Assembly (NCBI RefSeq): GCF_006345805.1
Contig: NC_043000.1
Coordinates: forward strand, 67,084,001 to 67,148,000
Length of the DNA stretch: 64,000 nucleotides
Direction of reading: 5' to 3'
DNA from: Octopus sinensis
Taxonomy: Eukaryota
Shown: positions 25,026 through 38,504 of the stretch, piece by piece
How positions within the stretch are numbered: the first letter of the stretch is position 1
How the letters are laid out: each line of letters opens with the position of its first letter
Translations under genes and position numbers: made by a program
The notes under the pieces: model-generated
What the model was told of the DNA's origin: nothing
What the model saw: the letters and a program-made list of their open reading frames with translations, nothing else
Databases searched by the model: none

Positions 25026-27259
25026 CCTGAAGCGAGACGCCAAAGCGCAGCTGCGCTGAATGCCGTGGGGGGCGGTCGCAAACAATTATAATGAAAACCG
25101 AAATGTTCGTGCATCTCTTGGAGTTATGGGTATAAAAGTCAACTTGAACCGCATTCCTGGCATTCGCAATTTCTCCGCCAAGTCTGCGCCGCTCGTCTTT
25201 TACGGTTAGTTATTATTGCATTTCTTTTGTTCAATTTACTGTTATAATACTTTGTTTATTGAACTGTTGTTGAATTGTTTTTGCATTGTTTGTTTGAAAC
25301 AAATTTGTTATCTGCTAAGGGCAAACTTGTGTTGTTTTTTCCCTTGTGTGAGGGGAAAAATTTACTGTGAAAACTTTTTGTGCAAACAAATTATTGTGAA
25401 AAAAAAATTACCATAGATAAATCACCTGTAAAAATTCGACATGAAGCCGGTCCCTTACACCAGTAGACGTTTTGGTCCCAGCACTTTGTTGGGTGTTTAC
25501 ACCCAAAATTATTATTTGAAAAATGAGTAGTTCCTCTGGCGAGGAGACTACTACTGAACCAATTTTGAACATGCCTACCGAAAAAGAAATACTGAAGGAA
25601 CCAGAAGTCGAACCAAGAAATAACAAACTGACAAATTTTGCAGCGGCAGCGGGTGTGAGCAGGAAATACCTGAATCTCAACCAAAAAGAACTCATCAAAT
25701 ATAAAGGACTGATTCAAAGGGGGGGGGGCACGAGGTGAAAGTGACCCCTCCCAGTGAAATGACATACAATGCATCCTGGTGTACTATAGTATATAAAACG
25801 TTCATTATAAAGAACAAGAAATTGGAAATGGCTTCGAAAGAAGCCATGGAGATATGCCTCAAGCCGGTATGGCAAGATGTCGTCTATTTGGCCAGGAGAA
25901 AGAGAAACGCAACCATCGAGGTGAGGTTCAAAACCGAGGAAAAGGCCAGGCAACATTCCACAACCTCACTGACATCTGCAGAGGCGGTCCTCCTACCCAC
26001 ATATCTTAGAAGACGCACTTCCAGGATAAGGGTAGGAGAAATCCCTCCATAGGTGGACGTTGCATAGTTGATGGCGGCATTTGTGATGGGCCTGGAGGAT
26101 AAAATTTCCATATTCCAGGCAACCAAAATAGAGCAACAAAACTGGCTAGGACACGGGCTAGAGATGTTGATACAAGCGGCCCCTGCTGACTCAGAACAAA
26201 TTGTAGAGACTATACTGGTGGGGGAGGAGACCAGGCTTCGGATCGAGGGGAGGAAGCCCACAAGCTACAAATGTGGTCAAACGGGCCCCATAAGAGCAGA
26301 GTGCAAGCTTCCCCACCAGAAAGATTCGGCTCTCCCACCTCCTGGAAAAGATACTGCACCCTCAACGACAGCTGAGGCAGCCCATACATCAGAAGTGGAA
26401 GCAGAGACACCAGAGATGGAAGCCAGGAGGAAAGATACTACAGAGGAAACACCAGAAATGGAATGGACTACCCCACAAAAAAAGAAAAGGAAAAATTTTC
26501 CACCCACCATCCCCAGCACATGTAAATAAAAAGACCCTGATATACATACAAAACACACACATCCTCCTCTTTCTCCACAAAATCAAACAACAATATTATG
26601 GCTGTGAATGTCAATAACAAGAAACTACAGAAAATTCTCACAGCGGAACCATTCAAAAATAATTATAAAAATAACTCAGAAATGTGAAAATATTCCATAT
26701 AAATAGTTTTTCTAGGAACGTCACACGCTTTAGTGTTGTTAGGAGACTTTAACACAATTTGCAATGCTCGAGTAGATTGTGTTGGCTCGAATCATCCAGA
26801 TAGGATGGGGTAACTCATGCCTCATCGATCTGCTCAGTTATTTTCAGTTGGCAGATCGGTATAGACTAGAACTCCCAGACGCTATATTGTGGATATGATT
26901 TAATAGCGATGGGTCTTCGAGGTCTTACTTAGGATTATTGTTAGGCGCAAAGACAAAGATATACTTAGGTGTCTACAATTTCACTAATTCAGTTACAGTG
27001 ATCGTAAATTTGCGACCTCTAGGCTTGACTTAGATAGAGTTTGTAGACAGGGTGCCGACTACCGGAAACTCAACAAGTCACTTTTAGACTGTGAGGAGTA
27101 CAGTAGTCGGATTAGGCAATTAGTAATGAGGGCATTGACCGGATCCATTATTAACAACATATGGCGGCATGCCCTCAAAAGAGCCATCAAGTTTGAATCT
27201 GTTAGGTTTAGCAAACAGCTAGCAAGTAAGAAGGCTAGAATAGAAAGGGGCTTAGTTAA

Positions 27260-27964
27260 CCCCTTACCCAACAATTATTTTGAAAATAAATGTATTTTTC
27301 AGACATATTTTTTAATTGTTTTATTTTACTGTTTTGAATGGTGATTTCGAGGTATATTTCAAACCTTATTTATTATGAATTTTAATTCAATAATATTGAT
27401 TTTAAATTACCGCTTTGGGCAGAAACGAGTTAACCCGTTTTTTTCATAAATCATATTACTTTTACAAAAAATCTAAGTCGGTGCCAGTCTCTTGCATCTA
27501 CCTCATCCTCATCTTCAGTTTCTTCACTTGAATAAAACTCTTCTGACGAACTTTCAGTCTCATCAGATGTATCCAACCCTCCAAGAGAAGCTTCATAATC
27601 GCTATCATCATCAGAGTTCGACATGGTGGGGTTATAATATAAAGGTATAAAAAAAACAACGTAGAAACAAAGTGAATACTTCTATTCATAAAATGTGCCT
27701 TTCAACCCTTCGACTGTCTCCAGGTGACTAAATCATACTCGGTCTTCAATGCCTTACTCAAGCGAAAGGTGGCAGAAATCGTCACTGCCAGACGTATAAA
27801 GTGAGCGAATATACTCGTATATGTCAAAAAAGAGTTTATAATAGACAAAGGAACTCGTTTGCTGTCGATTTTGGCGAGTCTATCTTTTGACGAGTTAACT
27901 CGCCAGAGATAGAAAAAAACGATTTCGGTCAAAACGCATATATTCGTTTCTGCCGGGTAAGGGG
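27260..27964 (-). mobile_element. piggyBac deletion derivative inserted in Tx1 ORF2
   Basis: TTAA TSD (27256-27259, 27965-27968); 10-bp TIR CCCCTTACCC; removing it restores the reading RIERGLVKALEEALR. Confidence 0.92.
27451..27624 (-). CDS. 57-aa acidic micro-ORF, probable piggyBac transposase N-terminal relic
   Basis: Manual translation MSNSDDDSDYEASLGGLDTSDETESSSEEFYSSEETEDEDEVDARDWHRLRFFVKVI; CCACCATG start context. Confidence 0.5.
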   Translation of the reverse strand: MSNSDDDSDYEASLGGLDTSDETESSSEEFYSSEETEDEDEVDARDWHRLRFFVKVI

Positions 27965-30465
27965 TTAAGGCCCTAGAAGAGGCATTGAGGACTGGCAATG
28001 CGACCCGAGTGGTAACCGCGAGATGGGAAGCAACGCTGTCGGATGGGCCCGTGTGGTAGAGACCCAACGTGGCAATGATGTCAGAATAAGGTCTTTGATG
28101 GATCAACATGAACGTGCAGTAAACGAACCCGAGGAGATGTGCAAGGTTTTTCACGAGCATTTTGCCCAGCTGTTTGGGAGGGGCGATGGACCTGAGCGTA
28201 GGTAGGAACTCACGGACTTCCTCACCGGGTTGCCGCGTCTCTCGGGGCGGGAGACAGAGTACTGTGAAGGACCGATCACATCTGCGGAGGTGGAGGAGGC
28301 GTTATCGGACTGCGGCGATGACAAGTCGCCGGGACTGGATGGTCTTCCCTACGAGCTATATTTCAGTATGCCAGACTTGTTTGGGCACCTAGTAGCATGT
28401 GTCTACACCAACTGGCAGCAGAATGGGTTTATACCTAGATCTGTGAGCCAGAGTGGGGTAGGGTGGGGGGTCTGTGGTGCTGCTTAGATAACTTTTGGCC
28501 CATCACTCTGATTAACGCAGAGTTGAAGATTTTGGCCAACGTACTAGCAAAATGGTTGGCGCATGTTGCGGGTGGACTCGTCGGGGAGGCGCAGACTTGT
28601 GCAATTCATGGCAGGGTCATTCAAGACAATCTTCAATTTCAGCGCTATGCCTTAGAGAGAGTAAATAGGCATCCTGGCAAGGATGGGGCTTTGGTCCATT
28701 TAGACCAATCTAAAGCGTTTGGCAGGGTTGATCATCGGTATCTGGTGACGGTCCTCGCGGCGGTCGAGTTTGGCCCGAACTTCCTTAGGTGGATCATTGA
28801 TTTATACAACAATATCGATTCGATCGTTCGGGTCAAGCGTTCGGTGCGTCAAGGATGTCCCCTCTCCCCACTTGTGTATGTGTTGGCTCTGGTGCCTTTA
28901 CTGCGGAGTTTGGAGGGTATGAGGGACGTCCCGCGTGATCTCGGTTGCGGGAGATCGGTTACGGCGTATGTGGACGACATCACCATCATCGTGTCCGAGG
29001 TGGACCACCATTAAGGGATTCGAGGCAGTGGCAAGAGAAAAATTAACCGGGATAAGTTTGTCGGCTCGCAACTCGGCACGTCGATACCACCTAATAACGT
29101 CGTCGAGCGTTGGACGGAGGGGCCAGTTAAATTGCTAGGAGTCTGGTTGGAGCGAGGTGGCGAGCAGGGTGACCAACCTAACTCAGAGCTGGTTTAAGCG
29201 GTGCTTATCCCTTAAAGGGAGGGCGGAGGTCGTAAATGTATTTATCGCAACTGTGATTATCTACCATCTGACCATCGTGCCTTGTCCCGATTCGTGACTT
29301 AACAAGATGGAACGATTACTCTTCCGCTTTTCGCGGCGGGGCAGGGGTCCACTTGTAAGGCGCTCTATCTGCTGCCAACAGCCGCTAAATGGTGTGTTAG
29401 AGATGCCGTGGTTAATGGTATGCGCTGAGGCTGGGGCATCTCTGGCTCTACCAGGATGGTGAGCAGGTGTGGTCTCCGTTCGTTAAACTGATCCTTCCTC
29501 GGTTCATTAGTTTCGGTGAATTGGAACCGTGGGTTAAGAGTAGATCAAAGTCGGGTGCATGGCAGGCCGACTGTCGGCAGGCACTCACGCTTCTCTGCCG
29601 GACGGATGGTGCCAGTGTCGATGGTTCCACCTCGTCATTCTACAGAGGGCTGGTAGAGGCAAAGTGTGACGATGATCTGGGGGAAACCCAGGGCTTTGCC
29701 GAAGGTCAGCTTGCTGGTTTGTTCCGAAGAACATTAGGGCTGGGACCTTTGGACAACTTCCAAAGGTCTCTGGCTTGGCAGTGTTACCGAGGAGCTTTAC
29801 CAGTTCGCGATAAACTCGCTAGGCATGGCTATTCATGCCAGCCCACTTGCCCAGAATGCGAGCAGAGCAGTGAAACTGTTCTGAACGCTATTGTGCAGTG
29901 TCCGAAAATTTCGGAAATGTGGGTATATGTCGAACGGCTGCTGTCACGCCTGGGAAGAGTACAGCTGTAATCCGAGTCGATAATAAAGATTGTTCCACCA
30001 TCCCCCTTGAATAAGGAGGGTAAGGTGTGTTTTCTTGCTGTAGTAGCATTGGCGAGAGAGGTTGTTTGTAGGACGCGAATGAGGGGAGTGACGACGGGTG
30101 CCTTCATTTCAGGCCCTGGTTTGCTCAACCTGTTTGTTTTCCATCTTAAAAGGAAACTAAGGTTGGAGAGGACACGCTTGTCGTCCGTTATATATGGCAA
30201 AAGATGGAAGGAAGTGACGCGGATGTTGAAAGCAGAGTGTAAAACATAAAGGAAACTAAAAGATTCAGTGGTTGATCAGGGCTTGTGGGGTCGAACACAT
30301 CCCCCACTCCACTGTGTTGTTTTTATTATTGTTTCGATCATTCGTTTATATAATTCGTAAATTTTTAACTGTTCATTTTTTATGTTTTATCATTCGATCC
30401 CCTCCCCCTCCCATTTTGTTTCGTCCTCTCTGTATTTAGCCTTCATGGCAGTAATAAAAATCAGT

Positions 30466-31450
30466 TCGTAATTTCACGCATCACGTATGACCCGATTGTC
30501 AACAGTGCAGAGAGAACAAGCTATCGGTCGATTGCATGTAGGGCAGCGTGCCCTGGTTGTTGTGGAAGCTTACAATCTCCATGTCAGCACCATCTATCGC
30601 CTGCAGCAGCGATACAACAGCACCAACAGTACTGCAGACCATACCTGCAGAGGGCGCCTCCGGGTGGCCACGCCCACGTATGACCGTTTCCACCCGCAAA
30701 ACCTCCGTGATCGCTTCAGACCGGCCAGCGTGACAGCTTGCGAGACCATTGGCACTGGACAGTGACCCATCAGCAACGACATGGTACGACTTCGACTGAC
30801 CGCCAACAACCCGCGTTGCCGTCGTCCTGCTGGAGGGCCTGTCTTCACCGCTCGCCACCGTCAGGCACGACTACAGTGGGCTACACAGCACTGGCGGCAT
30901 CAACAATGGAAGTCGATAGTCTTCTCTGACGAGAGCCGGTACTGCGTTTCCACTTTGGATGGTAGAGTAAAGGTGTGGTGTAGGAGAGGTGAACGCTACA
31001 GAGACGCATGTGTGATGGAGAGAGACGCGTGGAGTGGCCAAAGCATCATGGTTTGGAGTGCTATAGGCCTGAATCAGAGAATTTTGGCCACATGTGTTCC
31101 AAAATGTTGGTGCAGGTAGAGGGAATGGCATCACAGTGCAGTGCTACATTCACCAGATCCTAAGACCTCACATTGTGCCCTACTTCACGCGTCACCACAG
31201 CCACATATCCTAGCAGGACAATGCTCTCTCCCTCACGGCCAGGGTTACCGTGGGCTTCTTGTGTCAGCACAACATTATAACTGCCGTAGCCAGCCCTCAG
31301 CCTGGATTTGAACTCAATTGAACACCTGTGCGATGAAATCCAGAGATATCTGAACCAGGTGGTCCCAAGGCTGACAGCTTGTGTGGAACTGGAGGCAGCT
31401 TTCTTTATGGTGTGGGTACAGGTGCCAATGGCTTTTGTATGCCAGTCACG
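30466..31450 (+). mobile_element. Tc1-like transposon, transposase region, frameshifted
   Basis: MTRLSTVQREQAIGRL, VFSDESRY, IMVWSAIG, QDNA, PDLNSIEHL; right TIR not found. Confidence 0.92.
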
Positions 31451-31473
31451 AAAATCACAATCAATTTGAACAA

Positions 31474-31512
<39 letters not shown>

Positions 31513-32377
31513 TTGACCTTTAAAGTTTGAAATATTTTTGTACCATAAATCAATCTCTTCTTGGTGTTGTGAAATTGTGTAAATCGGTTTTTGTTTGTTA
31601 TTTGTTCTTGTTTGCGTGCGAAAATCACACCTTATTTTTTGAGGAGTATTTAAAAAAACTATCAAAATCTTTACAGAGGAAAATATTTCATGGAAGAGAA
31701 TGAAAGAAAACAATATATTAATATTTTATCTACATTGAAATTTTTCGATGCACTGCAAGCCTAAACCTAACCCCAACTTAAAACGCTATTCCGATCACTA
31801 AATCCCAGCCTAAACCTTAAGGCTATTCCAAACCTAATCCCTAATCTTAACCTTAAATACTAACACTAACTCCAAGATGGTTTCAATAATTAGTCCCTAT
31901 TGGAATGTATACAAGAAACAAGTTATGGGTTTCTATAATGTCGTGAATGGATGGAAGAATGGATTTAATTGTCAAAATTTCAAAAAAATCTGTCAGTAAA
32001 AGTTTGTAACCTTTTTCTCCAAAAAATAAAATTTTAAAAAAGCAAGAACAAAGAGAGAAAAGAAAATGATTGTGGCTTCACAAATGGTATGAAAAACTAC
32101 ATCTGTAGAAATTTTCAATATAACAGAACCCTGTGTGTCGAACCTGAAAAAAACCCCATTTTTACAAGATTTATTCACTTTTATATAAATAATTATTATA
32201 CATCTATCGTACAATCAATATCAATAAGAGCTACTAATTTTTTTAAAAACCATAACTGAGAACAGAGATTTCGATTTTAATGTGATTATCCATGATCGGA
32301 AAATTACCATATGCTACGTAATTCTATTTGATAATTCTATTATGGTCATTCTAGTTGGATAAAAAAAAGTCTACAAA

Positions 32378-33010
32378 TACCCCTTTGACGTGCGTATGGA
32401 CAGAACCATCTGACTGAGGTCATCGTATATTCTGTTTCAGCTAAAGGAATTTAGGAGTGGTTTGTACAAGAATGATGGCCAATTGACCATGAGTAATTGC
32501 AAACTTCTAATATATTCAGGAAGGACATAATTGAAGTTTTCAAAGATTTTTAGTTTTTCGATTATATTAGACACGAATCTATCTATTGTGAATTTTTGGG
32601 ATCTGATCCTTAATTACTCTGATGGATTATTTTACCCATAAGAGAAAACTAATGAGATGCTAAATCAAATTAATAAATTTTCGAATTATCTAAACATCAT
32701 AAAGAATTGATTAAAAATACCTCATTGAACTTACATAGGTTGTCTGCTAACGAGTAAATTTCTAAGGATCACTCAGCTTGTTTCAACAATGGACTGACTT
32801 GTAGGGGTTTTCAGGAGAAGCTCTATTATATCAACTACGAGCGCACAATAAAGAAGAATAGATCAAGACATTTAATTAGCATAACCAACCCTTTAATATA
32901 GAAGTGGCAACATCTATAACTAACATATTTTCTTTACTCAAGAAACGTTTTCCGACAGAACGTAGGCTTTTAAAATATTTTACAGAGACACTGTTAAATT
33001 ATCTTATTCT
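32378..33010 (+). pseudogene. Decayed Penelope-like RT/thumb (Naiad-type)
   Basis: PFDVRM, GLYKNDG, RKDIIEVFK, IVNFWDLIL, NQPFN, TVKLSYS. Confidence 0.75.
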
Positions 33011-33380
33011 TGAAGCCTTACATCTTCAAATGTAGCTAAATTAGCAAGAAGTAGTGATAACGATATTAATTATGTTGACGGTAGCTGTATGGAAATTGTA
33101 ATTGTGTTAACAGAAATATTTGTTGTTTTGATGGAAATTACATAATTAGTAGCGTAGTATGTAGTGTACCACTATAAAATCTTATATAGATTTAATATCC
33201 AGCTGATTTAAGTTTTGATAGCACACATACACAAATACACACATACACATACACACACATACACATGCTCGCACACAGACACACATACGCACGCACACAC
33301 ACGCACACACACGCACACACACACATATACACACACACACACACGCTGTATGACTAGATATGAGCATGTCTAGATATGCA

Positions 33381-33782
33381 ACTCTTTTACTTGTTTCAGT
33401 CATTTGACTGTGGCCATGCTGGAGCACCACCTTTAGTCGAGCAAATCGACCCCAGGACTTTGTAAGCCTAGTACTTATTCTATCGGTCTCTTTTGCCGAA
33501 CCGCTAAGTTACGTGGACGTAAACGCACCACCATCAGTTGTCAAGCAATGTTGGGGGGACAAACACAGACACACAAACATATACACACATACATAATACA
33601 TATGTATATACATATATACGACGGGCTTCTTTCAGTTTCCGCCTATCAAATCCACTCACAAGGCTTTGGTCAGCCTGAGGCTAGAGTAGAAGACACTTGC
33701 CCAACGTGCCACGCAGTGGGACTGAACCCGGAACCATGTGGTTGGTAAGCAAGCTACTTACCACACAGCCACTCCTACGCCT
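33381..33782 (-). mobile_element. SINE family A, full length
   Basis: Complete, minus strand. Confidence 0.92.
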
Positions 33783-34639
33783 ATATATAAGCCAAGTAGC
33801 TAGTTCTAAACTGTCTATAAGAGATGCAAGTAGTAACCGTACAGAAAAGTAATGTTTGTTGCCACTTCAACATGGCTGTTCAGTACATACATACATACAT
33901 ACATACATACATACATACATACATACATACATACATACATACGTACGTACGTACGTACGTATATTTCGTGTTATGCTTAGAAGCGAGGCATGTTATCCAA
34001 ATATTCCGACTCGGGTCCAGCAGAACAAATCACTCTAAATCCTTGCTTGTTAGAGTATCCGTGTAAACGAATTAAGGAGAAGCTAGCTTTTAATAGTTTG
34101 GAGTCGCTTAACATGTAATAATTAAATCAATATGATCAAACTATTTTGAAACGTCTTCTAATGAAAAAGATGTTATGTAAGAGATGAATTTCTGTTGCTC
34201 TCTTGCAAAATGTATGTTATATTTAAAACCTTCTTTAGAGAGTTCAAGCCGATCGTTAACAAAGCGACAAGACTCTTTGAGTTAAGAGAGTTCCCGGTGT
34301 TTGTAAACGTGTGGTTGAGTTGGTGCTTTGGTTGAACTGTCAATATATTACACATCTATTCACATAAGAATCTTAGATGGAGAATTTTTGGAAGGTCTGA
34401 CAAATCCTCACTGTACCACTATTAGATTGGATTTGGAAAATCCGCCTCAGTTTCTTTTGCTCTTTCTCCGTGAAACCAAGTATTTATAGGTTTTTGTGAA
34501 AATTTGTTGGCACATATCCTAATGCACCTATAATGATATGTACAAATGAGAATTCATAGTCAGGGTGCAAGAGCTGTAAGTGTCACAATAATTCCCCATA
34601 CATGTTCTCTTTTTTATGGACTTTTGGTAGTACATTCAC

Positions 34640-34790
34640 ACCAACTGGGTAGCTGACCTCTACAACAGTGCATGAATTTTGTTCCTTGTCCCATAGGGAA
34701 TGTATGTATGTATGTATGTATGTATGTATGTATGTATGTATGTATGTATGTATGTATGTATGTATGTATGTATGTATATATGTATGTATG
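34640..34790. repeat. (TATG)n microsatellite
   Basis: Directly visible. Confidence 0.95.
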
Positions 34791-34900
34791 CTCTCTTTCT
34801 CTAGAGCAAATTTTGACCGGCCACCTACTTGGTAGCAAGGTTTTGAAGGAACGCATCATATTATGCTCCTCATCCTTTAAAAATCTTAAGAAGTTCCAGA

Positions 34901-35298
34901 TATCTTTTTCTACTCTAGGCACAAGGCCCGAAATTTTTGAGGGGGCCAGTCGATTGCATCGATCCCAGTACGCAACTGGTACTTAATTTATCGACCCCGA
35001 AAGGATGAAAAGCAAAGTCGACCTCGGCGGAATTTGAACTCAGAACATAAAGACAGACGAAATACCTATTTATTTACTACCCACAAGGGGCTAAACACAG
35101 AGGGGACAAACAAGGACAGACACACGAATTAAGTCGATTACATCGACCCCTGTGTGTAACTGGTACTTATTTAATCGACCCCGAAAGGATGAAAGGCAAA
35201 GTCGACCTCGGCGGAATTTGAACTCAGAACGTAACGGCAGACGAAATACCGCAAAGCATTTCGCCCGGCGTGCTAACGCTTCTGCTAGGTTGCCACCT
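34901..35298 (-). mobile_element. Dimeric SINE family B
   Basis: Two Nin-like cores in tandem; the second starts mid-head (GGTATTTCGTCTG) and has a different tail. Confidence 0.88.
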
Positions 35299-36324
35299 AA
35301 AAAGTCCCACATATTGTGATCATTTGCAGCGTGTGAATTAAAAATTTGCCTTCTTTCCCCAAGAACCCAAGTTCAGGAATACTTTGCTCCAGACAGGTTG
35401 GTATCTATGTATAGAAGAACTCATTCATGCGTGTATATTAAAAGTTTATGGGTTCTTGTTTATGGTGGAGTTTCGTGTGAGAGGAATGAAAAGCTAAATT
35501 TGTTGTGGGAAGATTTCTGTGCTTCCTTGTCTTCGGGCATGATTCAGACTGAAGCTGTACCTGGTTCAACACATCAAAAGTTGGATACTGAGGCTAACAC
35601 ATTCCATCAACTGCCACTACTTCATAAAAAAATCCTATTAGAAAAACTGTGATGAGTCAAAAATAGATGGAAGCAGGTAACCGCACCCTTATGTTTCACA
35701 GGGAACGCTTCAGTAAGAAGTAAATTGCCATTAATGTTTGTGTGTGTGTGCGCACGTGTGTCTGTGTGCATGTCTGCATACGTAGATGTATATGTGTGTG
35801 TTGCAATGTTGTAGGGGTCATATTATGGGGAGAGTTAAAAAATTAAATGTAGGCGCGCGTATCTATATATGTATATTTGTGTTTGTATGGGCGCGCGCGC
35901 GCGTGAGTATCTTTATCTACGTACGTACATTTACGCTTACGTATACATAGATATGCATACACACTCACACACACTCACACATAAACTCACACACACGCGC
36001 ACAAATACACACACATACGCACACACAGGAACATCAGCTGTAGCAAACTGAACGGAATTGTTTACGGCTATCTATTTCCCTTTAGTTTTTATTTGCTGTA
36101 GTTTTTATGACAGGATCATTTTAAGAGTTGGGGGCTGTTTCTTCCCATCCCCAACTCTGAAGTGTCAGGTGCTGCTTTTTCATTGGTTTCTATCTTGAAA
36201 TCTGCCTCGAGTCTCGGAAACACAGAATTATTCACGCCACATTTTATTTAATTTATTTCTCTTACCTCGCGAAAACTCTGCCAATATTCAATTCATTTAT
36301 TTATATATTGTCATACATGTCCGA

Positions 36325-36630
<306 letters not shown>

Positions 36631-37379
36631 TCTGCACGCAATCGTGCAGTGTCCAACAATCTCCGACCTGTGGGCTTATGTCGAACGACTGCTGTCACGT
36701 GTGGGACGTGTCGGTTTATCAGCCGAATCTATCGTTAATATCGTCACGCCTCCTTCCTTCAAACGGGAAGGAAGAGCTATTTTTATCATACTTGTGGCTA
36801 TGGCGAAAGAATGTATCTGGTGGACGCGCCTGAAAGGATTAGAGACAAACACTTTCCTCTCTGGTCAATCTCTCATCAACTTCTTCAAGTATCACTTGAA
36901 GAGGAAAGTGAGAGTAGAGAGGCAAGTTTTGTCTAGTGGATGTTTAAAAAAAAGATGGGTGAATGTAGCAAGGATGGCACGTATGAATGACGAAGCCACC
37001 TTGACCATGATTCTATGAACCGTAAAAATTAATACAGAGAGTTGCTTATTTGCAAAAAAAAAAAGAAATATATCATGTGACTTCATTGACCGAGGTTACC
37101 GTGGTCTTTTCCGTAGGCTTTTCTTTCCACAGGTAAACCTCACCTGTCCTTCCCTTTACACTTCATATTGGCATTTCTGTGATAACGATCCCTATTGATC
37201 AATTTTTTCCTTCCCCCCCCTTTTAAAAAATTTTATCCCCCCCTTTTTTGTCCTCTTTCTTTCCTTTTACGATCCCTTTTGATCGAAAACCAACCCCCCC
37301 TTTTTTTACCCCCAAAAGAAAAGCTCTACCTTGTAATTTGTCCTGTCTGTGTGCAGCCCTGTGTGGCCAATAAAGAAAC
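36631..37379 (+). mobile_element. 5'-truncated Tx1-clade LINE 3' end
   Basis: VQCPTISDLWAYVERLLSR is homologous to 29890-30240; T/C-rich 3' UTR ending in AATAAAG. Confidence 0.9.
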
Positions 37380-37410
37380 TTATTTATCCATCTATCCATC
37401 TATCTTTCTG

Positions 37411-37476
<66 letters not shown>

Positions 37477-37477
37477 C

Positions 37478-37512
<35 letters not shown>
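37380..37512. repeat. (ATCT)n microsatellite
   Basis: Directly visible. Confidence 0.95.
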
Positions 37513-37513
<1 letters not shown>

Positions 37514-37755
37514 CTATATATCTGCGTGTATGTGTGTGTATGTGTGTGTATGTGTGTGTGTGTGTGTGTGTACACATGTATACGTATGTATACATATTTA
37601 TAAGCATATATATATATTATAAATGTATACATACATATATTATATAGAGATATATTATATATCCAGGTGGTGCTATACTGGCCGAAACCTATCAAAGTTA
37701 TATAAAATAGTGTAATATAATTAGTGTGTGCGCGCGTACGTATGTGTGCGTATGT

Positions 37756-37950
37756 ATTCTTTTATTCTTTTACTTGTTTCAGTCATTTGACTGCGGCCAT
37801 GCTGGAGTACCACCTTTAGTCGAACAAATCGACCCCAGGACATATTCTTTGTAAGCCTAATACGTATTCTATCGTACTCTTGTCGAACCACTAAGTTACG
37901 GGGACGTAAACACACCAACATCGATTGTCAAGTGACGGTTGGTGGGGGGA
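37756..37950 (-). mobile_element. SINE family A, tail half
   Basis: Tail motifs on the minus strand. Confidence 0.88.
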
Positions 37951-38382
37951 CAGAGCAGACGCATTCGTGTCTGTCTCCTCTCCTATCTTTTCTCCTGTCA
38001 AAGATTGTTCCCCCAGCGTTTGCCTTATCTCGTATGGCCTAGCGGCCCTCACTGCTTGTTTCCAGTGTCCAGATTTAGCTACCATCTTTGACCCTCCGCA
38101 AATCCCAAATTTTATTTTGGTTTCCGGGACAACTGTTTTCTCGAATGCACATATTGTTGCCAATTGCTCGAAATGTGGAGTAGATAAACAGCCGACAAGT
38201 GATGAAGAGTCGTTCTTTATGTTACTTGTCTTGTTTTCCATTTGTTTCTTTCGTTGTTCGCATACAAAAGTTTGTATTCGTATTTCATGTTTTCGTATTT
38301 CGTATTTCAGGTTGTTTACGTTTTATGACATCCTTTGCCTATATATGCATGTATATATACATATATATATATATGTAAGTAT

Positions 38383-38484
<102 letters not shown>

Positions 38485-38504
38485 GCTTTTTTTATGCTTT
38501 TTAT

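Larger units (their letters stand above)
25030..30465 (+). mobile_element. Tx1-clade (L1 group) LINE, near full length, degenerate
   Basis: ORF1 with zinc-knuckle relic SYKCGQTGPIRAEC; ORF2 LLGDFN (APE), KSPGLDGLPYELY, PITLINAELKILA, LDQSKAFGRVDH, VRQGCPLSP, AYVDDIT, zf-RVT CPECEQSSETV; AATAAA at 30454. 5' boundary approximate. Confidence 0.93.

Noticed and set aside
31760-31870. CCTAA-rich stretch as interstitial telomeric repeat
   Set aside because: Irregular and not a clean (TTAGGG)n array; such tracts are common inside non-autonomous elements
38170-38212. GCTCGAAA...GTGATGAAGAGT as a type II hammerhead
   Set aside because: C3 is G, and helices I and III do not pair; only a 4-bp helix II
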